Part shown: positions 55,192-64,000 of the stretch, in pieces
Layout of the letters: each line of letters opens with the position of its first letter
How positions within the stretch are numbered: position 1 is the first letter of the stretch
Position numbers and translations under genes: made by a program
Notes under the pieces: model-generated
Database searches by the model: none
Told to the model about the DNA's origin: nothing
Seen by the model: the letters and a program-made list of their open reading frames with translations, nothing else
NCBI GenBank assembly: GCA_937916355.1
Contig: CALFTM010000049.1
Coordinates: 19 to 64,018, forward strand
Reading direction: 5' to 3'
DNA length: 64,000 nucleotides
From: an uncultured Bacteroidales bacterium
GTDB lineage: Bacteria; Bacteroidota; Bacteroidia; Bacteroidales; Paludibacteraceae

Positions 55192-56217
55192 CTATTGGAA
55201 AGTAACAGTTGATTTATCTGAACCCACCTCTAATTTCACCTTTCTTCCCAAGTAGGTCGCCAGATTTTTTGTGTCATGACCAAAATTTGCTCCATACAAA
55301 ACAGGAATGCCCAATGGAGATAGTTCTCTCTCCATAATTTCCTCGATGGAATCGTCAACTCCTTGTGTCGTTCTCGTAAAATCACCTACAATCACACCCT
55401 TGACGCACTCCAATTTTCCGCTAAGCTTCAGATTGATCATCATTCGTTCAATATGGTAGTTGCTTTCACCCACATCTTCAATCAACAAAATCGCATCACG
55501 CACATTCAAATCGAAAAATGTTCCTCCCAAGCTATAGATGATAGAGAGGTTTCCTCCAACCAAACGACCTTCTGCCTCGCCCTCTACACAATGCTTATTG
55601 GTAGTGAAAGTGTGGCTTTTTAAATTGCCAAAGAGTGCTTCACGCAAACTTTTCACACTCTCCGCATGGGTCATCGCATTGACCATCGGTCCATGAATCG
55701 TTTCGATTCCCTTATTATTCAAAGCGGCATGAAATGAGGTGACATCGCTAAAACCGACCACCCACTTCGGTTTTTTTTCAAACTTTGAAAAATCAATATA
55801 AGGAATCACTTGAGACGCTCCATAACCGCCTCTTGCTGCAATAAGAGCCTTTAGATTGGGATTATCCACCAATTTTTGCAATCCTTCGATTCTCTCGCTC
55901 TGAGTCCCTGCATATCGTCCATCCACCTTATATAGGTTGTCCGCACACAAAACCTTCAAGCCCCAACTCTCTAAAACACTAATTCCATTTTTCAAATCGG
56001 ACTCCGAAACAGAATTTGAAATGGCAAAAACAGCCACTGAGTCTCCCTCCTTTAAAAAGTCAGGTCGAATGTCCTCTGTAACCGGCTCCATCTGATTTTC
56101 CAAATAATAATTATTGGTGTAGACCTTCTCCGTCACATTGGTCACATAAGTGTATTCGTCCTTACACGACCAGAACAAAACCATCAATATGGATAACAAA
56201 CCTATTTTTTTACACAT
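55192..56217 (-). CDS. LD-carboxypeptidase (S66 family) lipoprotein
   Basis: 341 aa with the lipobox LFWSC. ARGGYGA and GFSDVTSFH (catalytic Ser context). Confidence 0.85.
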   Translation of the reverse strand: MCKKIGLLSILMVLFWSCKDEYTYVTNVTEKVYTNNYYLENQMEPVTEDIRPDFLKEGDSVAVFAISNSVSESDLKNGISVLESWGLKVLCADNLYKVDGRYAGTQSERIEGLQKLVDNPNLKALIAARGGYGASQVIPYIDFSKFEKKPKWVVGFSDVTSFHAALNNKGIETIHGPMVNAMTHAESVKSLREALFGNLKSHTFTTNKHCVEGEAEGRLVGGNLSIIYSLGGTFFDLNVRDAILLIEDVGESNYHIERMMINLKLSGKLECVKGVIVGDFTRTTQGVDDSIEEIMERELSPLGIPVLYGANFGHDTKNLATYLGRKVKLEVGSDKSTVTFQ

Positions 56218-56312
56218 AATATTCTATTTTTTACGATTTCATCGAATATTTACAATGGGTTCTATAAATTCATTTCGAAGAGTTTTTTGGAATTTGCAGA
56301 ACACTCCCTATT

Positions 56313-57623
56313 TCAAACTCCGACAACTGTACCATACAAGGACAGACATTCGGAATCAGTAATCCTCACCTCATAAAAAGCCCCTATCTCCAACTCTACT
56401 TCATCAACTGCTATCAAAACATCTGAATCCACATCGGGCGAATCATACTCCGTACGCCCCACATAGTATCCATCTTCAACTCCATCTATCACCACTTTCA
56501 ATATCTTTCCAACTTTTTGTGCATTCAGATCCTCCATGATGTTTTCTTGAATCATCATCAGCTCCTCATAACGACGCAACTTCTCTTCTGGTAGCACATC
56601 ATCCTCCAACTTTGCAGCCGGAGTACCATCCTCCTCACAATATTGGAACGCCCCCATACGATCGAACCGCACCTCTCTGACGAAATCACACAATTCAGCG
56701 AATTGGCTCTCGGTTTCACCGGGGTATCCGACCATAAGCGTAGTTCGCAAACAGATGCCGGGAACCTCTTTTCGCACCCTCTCTATCAAATCGAGAGTCT
56801 CCTGTTTGGTGATTCTACGCTTCATCGACTTCAACACATCATTATTGATATGCTGCAGAGCAATGTCGAGATATTTGCAGACATTCTTCCGTTCTCTGAT
56901 GACGCGTAACAAATCGTATGGGAAATGCGTAGGATAAGCATAGTGCAGACGAATCCATTCAACACCATCTATGTCAGATATTTTTTCTACTAACTCAGCG
57001 ATATTGTAATCTCCATACAAATCCTTACCGTATGAGGTGAGGTCTTGCGCAATAATCTGAAACTCCTTCACACCTTGAGAAACAAGCCATTCAACCTCTA
57101 AAACGATCTCCTCCATCGGTCTCGACTTATATCGCCCGGTTATGATAGGAATCGCACAATACGCACAATGCTGATTACAACCTTCCGCAATCTTAACGTA
57201 GGCATAATGAGCAGGAGTGGACAAACTGCGCTCGATAGAATACTGCTCCTGATATTGCTGGCCAAGATCAGCCAAAATATCCTTCCAAGCAAACTTGCCA
57301 TAAAACTTATCCACCTCCGGAATCTCCAATGCCAAATCTTCTGCATAACGTTCGGACAAGCAACCCATGACAAACAATTTATCGATCACGCCACTCTTTT
57401 TTGCCTCAACATACTCTAATATCGTGTTGACAGACTCCTCTTTAGCATCCCCGATAAATCCGCAAGTATTCACGACGACGATACGACCCGAAGGAACCTT
57501 TGGGTCAAACTGCACCTCGTAGCCAGACAGTTCCAACTGCTTGGCCAAAAATTCCGAATCCACAAGATTCTTGGAACAGCCCAAACTGACAATGTCAACT
57601 CCACTCGTCCCTTTCATGGTCAA
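56313..57623 (-). CDS. rimO: Ribosomal protein S12 methylthiotransferase RimO
   Basis: 436 aa. N-terminal SLGCSKNLVDSE, the radical-SAM motif CNQHCAYC and a TRAM-like C-terminus. Confidence 0.9.
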   Translation of the reverse strand: MTMKGTSGVDIVSLGCSKNLVDSEFLAKQLELSGYEVQFDPKVPSGRIVVVNTCGFIGDAKEESVNTILEYVEAKKSGVIDKLFVMGCLSERYAEDLALEIPEVDKFYGKFAWKDILADLGQQYQEQYSIERSLSTPAHYAYVKIAEGCNQHCAYCAIPIITGRYKSRPMEEIVLEVEWLVSQGVKEFQIIAQDLTSYGKDLYGDYNIAELVEKISDIDGVEWIRLHYAYPTHFPYDLLRVIRERKNVCKYLDIALQHINNDVLKSMKRRITKQETLDLIERVRKEVPGICLRTTLMVGYPGETESQFAELCDFVREVRFDRMGAFQYCEEDGTPAAKLEDDVLPEEKLRRYEELMMIQENIMEDLNAQKVGKILKVVIDGVEDGYYVGRTEYDSPDVDSDVLIAVDEVELEIGAFYEVRITDSECLSLYGTVVGV

Positions 57624-57642
57624 CTACCCTCCCTCGTTACAC

Positions 57643-58593
57643 TTACTTAAACAGAGAATCGACAAACTCCTTTTTGTTAAACACCTGCAGATGGTCGATT
57701 CCTTCACCCACTCCGATATACTTCACTGGAATCTTAAACTGGTCTGAAATTCCAATCACGACACCACCCTTTGCAGTACCGTCCAATTTGGTAATGGCCA
57801 AAGAGGAGACCTCCGTAGCCTTGGTGAACTGTTTAGCCTGTTCAAAAGCATTTTGTCCTGTAGAGCCATCCAAGACCAGAAGCACATCATGCGGAGCATC
57901 CGGCATGATTTTCCTCATCACCTGCTTAATCTTAGTCAGCTCGTTCATCAAGTTCACCTTGTTGTGCAACCTTCCGGCAGTATCAATGATGACAACATCC
58001 GCACCATTCGCCTTGGCAGAAGACAACGTATCGAATGCGACAGAAGCTGGGTCGGCACCCATTTTTTGTTTCACGACAGGGCAACCCACTCTTTCTCCCC
58101 AAATCACCAACTGGTCGACTGCTGCTGCACGGAAAGTATCCGCTGCACCCAAATAGACCTTCTTACCAGCCTTTTTGAACTGATATGCAAGTTTTCCGAT
58201 CGTTGTCGTTTTACCGACTCCATTCACACCCACCACCATGATGACATAAGGAGAGGCGTTTTCAGGAACTGAAAATTCCTCCTCATCAGTGGTGTTATTC
58301 TCCTCCAACAAAGAGGCGATCTCGTCTTTAAGAATAGCGTTCAACTCCTCCGTATTGACATACTTGTCTTTTGCCACACGCTTTTCTATGCGTTCAATTA
58401 TCCTCAGAGTTGTATCAACTCCGACATCAGAAGTGATAAGAACCTCCTCCAGATTATCCAAGACCTCATCGTCCACTTTCGTCTTTCCAACTACTGCACG
58501 AGCAATCTTAGAGAGGAAACTCTCCTTAGTTTTTTCGAGTCCCTTATCCAAGGTCTCTTTCTTTTCTTTTGAAAAAATGCTAAATAATCCCAT
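57643..58593 (-). CDS. ftsY: Signal recognition particle receptor FtsY
   Basis: 316 aa with GVNGVGKTTTIGKLA, DTAGRLH and TKLDGTAKGG. Confidence 0.96.
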   Translation of the reverse strand: MGLFSIFSKEKKETLDKGLEKTKESFLSKIARAVVGKTKVDDEVLDNLEEVLITSDVGVDTTLRIIERIEKRVAKDKYVNTEELNAILKDEIASLLEENNTTDEEEFSVPENASPYVIMVVGVNGVGKTTTIGKLAYQFKKAGKKVYLGAADTFRAAAVDQLVIWGERVGCPVVKQKMGADPASVAFDTLSSAKANGADVVIIDTAGRLHNKVNLMNELTKIKQVMRKIMPDAPHDVLLVLDGSTGQNAFEQAKQFTKATEVSSLAITKLDGTAKGGVVIGISDQFKIPVKYIGVGEGIDHLQVFNKKEFVDSLFK

Positions 58594-58613
58594 ATTCTTT
58601 CTTTATTCAGTTG

Positions 58614-58621
58614 CAAAGATA
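58614..58621 (-). promoter_or_regulatory. -7 box (TAtcTTTG on the minus strand) for ftsY
   Basis: Plus-strand CAAAGATA, 21 nt upstream of the ftsY ATG. Confidence 0.5.
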
Positions 58622-58644
58622 CAATAAACCTCTCATTTTTTGTT

Positions 58645-58652
58645 TATCTTTG
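58645..58652 (+). promoter_or_regulatory. -7 box TAtcTTTG for the divergent TPR gene
   Basis: Exact TAnnTTTG 28 nt upstream of the ATG at 58680. Confidence 0.5.
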
Positions 58653-58679
58653 TCGATAAATCAAATTTCAGGAAGTCAG

Positions 58680-61600
58680 ATGAGAAAAATTCTTGTTAAT
58701 GTCGCTTTGTTATCATGCACAATCATTGGCTCTGCCATGTGTGTTTTTAGTGCCTATGCACAAAATTCTAACGACTACTGTCGGACAGACAGGTTATTCA
58801 TTGAGGGATGCGAACTATTTGAAGTGAAACAATATAGTGCCGCCAGCCATAAATTCAGCGAATACATCTCCCACATTGAAAAAGACCGTTCGCCAAATTA
58901 TGGAGAAACGGAGTACTACATAGCCTGCTGTGCCTACGAAATGGGGGCAAGGGATGCATGGAAAAAACTATCCAACTTTTTGAAAAACAACCCGAACTCC
59001 ATCCATGCCAGTCGTGCCTACTACCTAAAGGGGGCGATGGCATTCTCCAAACATCAGTATGCGGAGGCAAAGGAGCTCTTCGGTCAGTGCGACTATAAAA
59101 GGCTACCGAAAAAGGAACAAAATGACTTCCTCTTCAAAAATGGTTTTTCGCTGCTTGAAACTAAAAATGAGAGTAAAGCGAAAGAACAATTCGAGCTGCT
59201 TCTTTCTGATTCGACAAAGTATAATTTATCGGCACAATATTATAAGGCGTACATCGACTATTTGAATAAAAACTACACTGCCGCACAACCTGTGTTTGAG
59301 AAGCTGCAAAATCTGGCAGAGTACGAAAAGGTCGTACCCTACTATCTGTTCCAGATCTACTATGTACAAAGGGATTACGAAAAGGTACTCTCTGCGGGGG
59401 AGGCTTTATTGAAAAAAGACTCTTCTAATGCGAACAATATGGAGGTCTACAGAATATTGGGAGAGTGCTACTATCAAAAGAAGGACTACCCCAACACCAT
59501 CAAATACCTCTCTCTCTACCAAGATGGCAGCGAGCAGGTGATGCGCAACAATATGTACATGCTGGGTAACTCCTACTATCAAGTGGGTGATTATGTAAAT
59601 GCGATAGATTGTTTCCAAGCGGTCACTTCCATCGACGACGCAATGAGCCAGAACGCCTACTTATACCTCGGTTCTTGTTATATTAAAGATGAAAATCTGA
59701 ATAATGCACGTCTTTGCTTCGAGTCTGCCGGCAGAATGGATTTTGAAAAGAATGTAAAGGAGGAGGCGCAGTTCAATTACGCGCTGATCATCTATCAACA
59801 ATCATACTCCCCTTTCAACGAATCCATCAGGGCATTCGAGACATTCCTCGAAAACTTCCCAGAGTCTCGCTACCGCAACAAGGTATACAACTACATGGTG
59901 AACCTATACCTCACCACCAAAAACTACAAAGAGGCATTGGCTTCCATCCAAAAGATTGAAGATAAGACATTGGCGATCTATGAGGCACGCCAACAGATCA
60001 CCCACAGCCTCGGTGTCCAAAATTTCATCAACAATGATTACGAAGGGGCTATTCAAGCATTCGACGAGTCCCTGAAAGATGCCAAATACAACAACAAGCT
60101 GGCCGCCTCAACGATGTTCTGGAGGGGCGAGGCATACTACAAACTGAAAGACTACGACAAGGCATCTAAAGATTTCACCGCTTTCGTAAATTCAGTGGGA
60201 GCACGCAGTTGCAAAGAGTTCAACCTTGCCCACTACAATATCGGTTATGCAAATTTCACCCAAAAGAGGTATAACGACGCTTTAATTTGGTTCAGAAAGT
60301 ACGTCAACTTGGAAGAGGAGAACCAAACCCTCATCGCTGACGCAACCAACCGTATCGGCGACTGCTATTTCAACCAACGCTCTTACGACGATGCAGCCAA
60401 AAACTATGCGCAAGTCTACTCATTAAGAGGGCCGGGGGCAGATTACGCCTGCTTCCAAGAGGGCTTCATCTTAGGACTAAAAAAAGACTACAACGGGAAA
60501 ATCAGCACCATGGAGAAGCTCATAAAAGCATTCCCCCAATCTGAATATCTGGCTGACGCAAAATATGAAATCGGACGTTCCTACGTCATGATGGAAAAGA
60601 AGGAGAAAGCCATCAGCACTTATGAGGCGTTGAACAAAGAGTACCCCCACAGCCCGTTGAGCCGAAAAGGGCAACTACAAACCGCCATGCTCTATGACGA
60701 GTTGGGCAACTACAACAACGCCATCTCCACCTACAAGGAGATCATCAAAAACTTCCCTAACAGCGCAGAGGCAAGGGCTTCCATCTCAGGTCTGAAAAAC
60801 ATCTATTTCGAGCAGAATGACATAGATGGGTATGCCGCATACGTTGAGACCCTCAACGGATTGGTGAAATTTGAAAAATCGGAGCAAGACTCCCTCACCT
60901 ACATGGCGGCAGAACGACAATATGAGAAGGGAATGTACGAAAAGGCGATCACCAGCTTTGGTAACTACATCAACAAATACCCGAACAGCGGATTCGTCTA
61001 CAACGCCCATTTCAACATCGCCAACTGCTATTATAATTTAGGCAATAAAGAGATGGCAGAAACTGAATACCGAATCATTGCAAAACAGGTGGGATACCCC
61101 GATCGAGAAGAGGCTCTGAAAAGATTGTCAGAGATCCTATTTGACACCCACCGCTATTCTGCCGCCATCGAGACCATGTCGACACTCGACACAATCGCCC
61201 AAAACGCAGAAAACCGCTTGGCGGCAAAAATTGGCATTCTCCGTTGCAACAATATGTTAGGGAAAAGTGACGAGACGATTTTGGCAGCCAACGCCATCAT
61301 CCAAAGTGATAAGTTAGACCCCGGAATTGTCCGTGAAGCCATCTACTCAAGGGCGAAAGCCTACGAACTGAAAGGTGACTCAGCCAATGCGTTAAAGGAT
61401 TACCAAGAACTTTCAACCAACTGCATGGACGAATATGGAGCTGAATCGAAGTATCGTGTGGCGGAATATTACTTCTTCATGAACGATTTGAAGAAGTCTG
61501 AAAAGGAGATTTTTGAATTTATCGACAAAAACACTCCTCACCAATATTGGTTGGCAAAGAGCTTCATCCTCTTGTCTGATATATATGTGGAAGACAACAG

Positions 61601-61757
61601 AGAGTTTGAAGCGAAACAATACCTGCTGAGTGTCCGTGAAAACTATTCTGGCAAAAGCGACATTTCAACAGAGATTAAAATCCGCCTCGAAAAAATTGAG
61701 AAAAAAGAGGCAGAGAAGGTGGTGGCAGAACCAACCAACGAGACCACTAACAAATAA
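58680..61757 (+). CDS. Large exported TPR-repeat protein
   Basis: 1025 aa from MRKILVNVALLSCTIIGSAMCVFSAYAQ. TPR/YbgF-like units run throughout. The track's upstream extension was rejected. Confidence 0.85.
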   Translation: MRKILVNVALLSCTIIGSAMCVFSAYAQNSNDYCRTDRLFIEGCELFEVKQYSAASHKFSEYISHIEKDRSPNYGETEYYIACCAYEMGARDAWKKLSNFLKNNPNSIHASRAYYLKGAMAFSKHQYAEAKELFGQCDYKRLPKKEQNDFLFKNGFSLLETKNESKAKEQFELLLSDSTKYNLSAQYYKAYIDYLNKNYTAAQPVFEKLQNLAEYEKVVPYYLFQIYYVQRDYEKVLSAGEALLKKDSSNANNMEVYRILGECYYQKKDYPNTIKYLSLYQDGSEQVMRNNMYMLGNSYYQVGDYVNAIDCFQAVTSIDDAMSQNAYLYLGSCYIKDENLNNARLCFESAGRMDFEKNVKEEAQFNYALIIYQQSYSPFNESIRAFETFLENFPESRYRNKVYNYMVNLYLTTKNYKEALASIQKIEDKTLAIYEARQQITHSLGVQNFINNDYEGAIQAFDESLKDAKYNNKLAASTMFWRGEAYYKLKDYDKASKDFTAFVNSVGARSCKEFNLAHYNIGYANFTQKRYNDALIWFRKYVNLEEENQTLIADATNRIGDCYFNQRSYDDAAKNYAQVYSLRGPGADYACFQEGFILGLKKDYNGKISTMEKLIKAFPQSEYLADAKYEIGRSYVMMEKKEKAISTYEALNKEYPHSPLSRKGQLQTAMLYDELGNYNNAISTYKEIIKNFPNSAEARASISGLKNIYFEQNDIDGYAAYVETLNGLVKFEKSEQDSLTYMAAERQYEKGMYEKAITSFGNYINKYPNSGFVYNAHFNIANCYYNLGNKEMAETEYRIIAKQVGYPDREEALKRLSEILFDTHRYSAAIETMSTLDTIAQNAENRLAAKIGILRCNNMLGKSDETILAANAIIQSDKLDPGIVREAIYSRAKAYELKGDSANALKDYQELSTNCMDEYGAESKYRVAEYYFFMNDLKKSEKEIFEFIDKNTPHQYWLAKSFILLSDIYVEDNREFEAKQYLLSVRENYSGKSDISTEIKIRLEKIEKKEAEKVVAEPTNETTNK

Positions 61758-61781
61758 TTTTAGAACCCAAGTAAAAGTAAT

Positions 61782-63545
61782 ATGGAAAAACGTATTTTAA
61801 TTATATTCGGCTTATTAGGTATCTCTTATTCTGCATTTTCACAGGATTCAATCCCTGTAAACGGCACCGGCGAAGATGTGACCATCCAAAGAAACATCGA
61901 GGTAGTAAAGGAATACAATCCCGTCATCAAAGAGTCTGGTAAAATCAGCACAATGCCTGAATTGGAAGACATCCCAACTCCTAAACGCACCCACGATTTT
62001 TCAGTGTGGACAACCTCATACGTCATCAAACCAAGTTCGATTCCAACTTTGCCATACGCAATCCCTGCGCCAGAAAAGGAAAAAAACGGCAAGGAGAGAT
62101 TCGCTCGAATTGGTGCCGGAACATACTCCTCATTCTTGGGTGAACTCTACACGCCTATCGTAAAAAACAAGCGCAACTTGCTCGATTTCCACGTTTTACA
62201 CAACTCCTCGTTCGGAGATGTGAAACTGACTGATAAGTTGTACGAGAAACTACCGGCAACTTTAGAAAGCAAGGCGACAAACTGTAATACCCGTGCAAAA
62301 ATCTCCTACTCGCACGCAATCAAAAACAACAAAGAGTTCAGCACGTTCGTCTACGGTAAGAATAATGTTCTCAAATATTATGGATACGACTCCCTCATGC
62401 AAAAATTGGCGGAAGACAGCATCACAAATACAGACAACGACTCCCTAAAGCAAGTCTACAACCGACTGGGAGTGAACTTCCGATTCAGAAGCAAAGAGTA
62501 TATCTCCAAATGGAAATATGACCTGCAAGCCAGCTACCACCTTTTCGCAAACAAACAGGATCTTTTTGAACATACCATCCACACCAATCTGTATGGTTCG
62601 TACCGCTTCGACAACTCCTCTCTCCACTTCACTTTCGATATGCACAATATCATCATGGGACTTCCGGAAGAGAACGAGAAATATACTTTCGAAAGAGGCG
62701 AAACGCTCAATAACTATACTCTCATCAAACTCTTACCTCACTACTACTTTTCCGGGGACTTGGGAGAGATCACCGTGGGAGTGAAAGGTGCATTCAGCAT
62801 CAATCAAGGAAAGAAGGGGGCGGTTACACCGAATGTTTTTGGAAAGGCTAAGCTCATCAAAGACATACTTTATGTCTATGCAGGTGTAACGGGAGACTAC
62901 ACCGTAAACAATTACCAAAAAATCACAGAAGAAAATCTCTATATAGCACCCAACACCAGAGTGGAAGATAGCTACATCCCAATAGATGCGTATGTGGGTC
63001 TGACTTTCAAAATCGCTAAACGTGTCAATATGGACCTTCACGCCGGTTACAAACTGATAGACAACCCTTATTTCTTCATTAACCGTTGCGACACTACCTC
63101 TGGCATTGTCCGCAACGAGTTTGATGTTGTCTACGACAAAAAAGCTGGTGTGCTGAATGCTGGTCTTTCGGCAAACTATGCATGGAACAATCGCCTCAAT
63201 TTGCATTTTAACGGAGAATTTAACAAATGGAATGTGAAAGAGGTTGAGGAGGCTTGGCATAACCCAAAATGGAAAATGAACGTAGAAGGAACATTCTTGG
63301 CGACAAACCACCTGCGCTTTAGATTAGGTTACCTTATGGAGGCTGGCAAATATGCTTTGGTCAATGATGAAAAAGTCAAGTTGCCTACCGCCCACAACAT
63401 CTGCGTGGGAGCAGACTACAGACTGCTCAACTGGCTCAACTTCTTTGTGAATTTCGACAATATCGCCAACCAAAAATATTCAAACTGGTATGGCTACACA
63501 CAACACGGATTTAACTTCATGGGAGGGATTTCAATGATTTTCTAA
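61782..63545 (+). CDS. Putative outer-membrane beta-barrel protein
   Basis: 587 aa with signal peptide MEKRILIIFGLLGISYSAFSQ, alternating beta-strand pattern and the C-terminal GGISMIF. Confidence 0.7.
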   Translation: MEKRILIIFGLLGISYSAFSQDSIPVNGTGEDVTIQRNIEVVKEYNPVIKESGKISTMPELEDIPTPKRTHDFSVWTTSYVIKPSSIPTLPYAIPAPEKEKNGKERFARIGAGTYSSFLGELYTPIVKNKRNLLDFHVLHNSSFGDVKLTDKLYEKLPATLESKATNCNTRAKISYSHAIKNNKEFSTFVYGKNNVLKYYGYDSLMQKLAEDSITNTDNDSLKQVYNRLGVNFRFRSKEYISKWKYDLQASYHLFANKQDLFEHTIHTNLYGSYRFDNSSLHFTFDMHNIIMGLPEENEKYTFERGETLNNYTLIKLLPHYYFSGDLGEITVGVKGAFSINQGKKGAVTPNVFGKAKLIKDILYVYAGVTGDYTVNNYQKITEENLYIAPNTRVEDSYIPIDAYVGLTFKIAKRVNMDLHAGYKLIDNPYFFINRCDTTSGIVRNEFDVVYDKKAGVLNAGLSANYAWNNRLNLHFNGEFNKWNVKEVEEAWHNPKWKMNVEGTFLATNHLRFRLGYLMEAGKYALVNDEKVKLPTAHNICVGADYRLLNWLNFFVNFDNIANQKYSNWYGYTQHGFNFMGGISMIF

Positions 63546-63578
63546 AATGAATGATTTCACTTCCTCTAATTTTTCAGC

Positions 63579-64000
63579 ATGGTAGTTGTTTTAATTCTTA
63601 TAGTGTATTTTTGTTTGGCAGTACTTATTGTATCGTTAAAACATAGTTTGGAGAAAAAATGGGAGGACGAGCTTCGCGTTGGAAGATATAATCCGTTCAT
63701 TGGACTTATAGCTTGCGCCGTAATGAATGATCAAAAGCCTACAAAAGAGGAAATGAATGTAGCGAAAAAATTTTTCACAAAAAACATTCCCGATAAAACA
63801 GATGTCCAATACTGCATAACAAAACTTTACGAATTCATAAATGACCCTAAATTCAACAAATCTAACATTCGGAAATATTGCGTTGAAATCATTCAAAATA
63901 ATAAATACCAAGACAGGTTGGAGCTTCTTTCCACCTTGTTTGAAATCTTCGCCACAGATGACAGAATCGATGCATACGAGGAAAGTTTCCTCAAGGAGTA
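63579..64000 (+). CDS. TerB-like (DjlA N-terminal-type) membrane-anchored protein, 3'-truncated by the window end
   Basis: Open frame from the ATG at 63579 to the window end, not in the ORF track because it has no stop. N-terminal TM, then LELLSTLFEIFATDDRIDAYEESFLKE, which is typical of TerB-fold proteins. Confidence 0.6.
   Translation, partial: MVVVLILIVYFCLAVLIVSLKHSLEKKWEDELRVGRYNPFIGLIACAVMNDQKPTKEEMNVAKKFFTKNIPDKTDVQYCITKLYEFINDPKFNKSNIRKYCVEIIQNNKYQDRLELLSTLFEIFATDDRIDAYEESFLKE

Overview
The window looks like a Bacteroidota (Bacteroidales-like) chromosome segment. It is AT-rich, has many TAnnTTTG -7 promoter boxes and almost no Shine-Dalgarno sites, and encodes a T9SS C-terminal sorting domain and DUF3078-type proteins. 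Most of it is densely packed housekeeping: hppA, pyrBI, rpsF-rpsR-rplI, an initiator-like tRNA-Met, ruvB, asd, pepT, topA, radA, rimO, ftsY, an ABC-F ATPase, an S9 peptidase and acyltransferases. I saw no integrase, transposase, phage gene, CRISPR array or rRNA. The accessory-looking part is about 25.2-36.0 kb. It holds a cytoplasmic vWA / coiled-coil / DUF3883-like (PD-(D/E)xK-fold) protein and a T9SS cargo pair. It also holds a 318-bp inverted-repeat-bounded element between convergent genes, and an SPFH pair. The best candidate for an uncharacterised system is a minus-strand triad: a stand-alone CHASE2 membrane sensor, an exported WG-repeat caspase (C14) with an intact His/Cys dyad, and an exported FecR-like/DUF4384-like protein. 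A second unexplained signal is a GC-rich non-coding island at about 6.04-6.53 kb, which contains two 96-bp hairpin-rich direct repeats (92/96 identical, period 115 bp). All domain calls come from motif recognition by eye. No BLAST, HMMER or RNA folding was run, so family names are hypotheses to verify.
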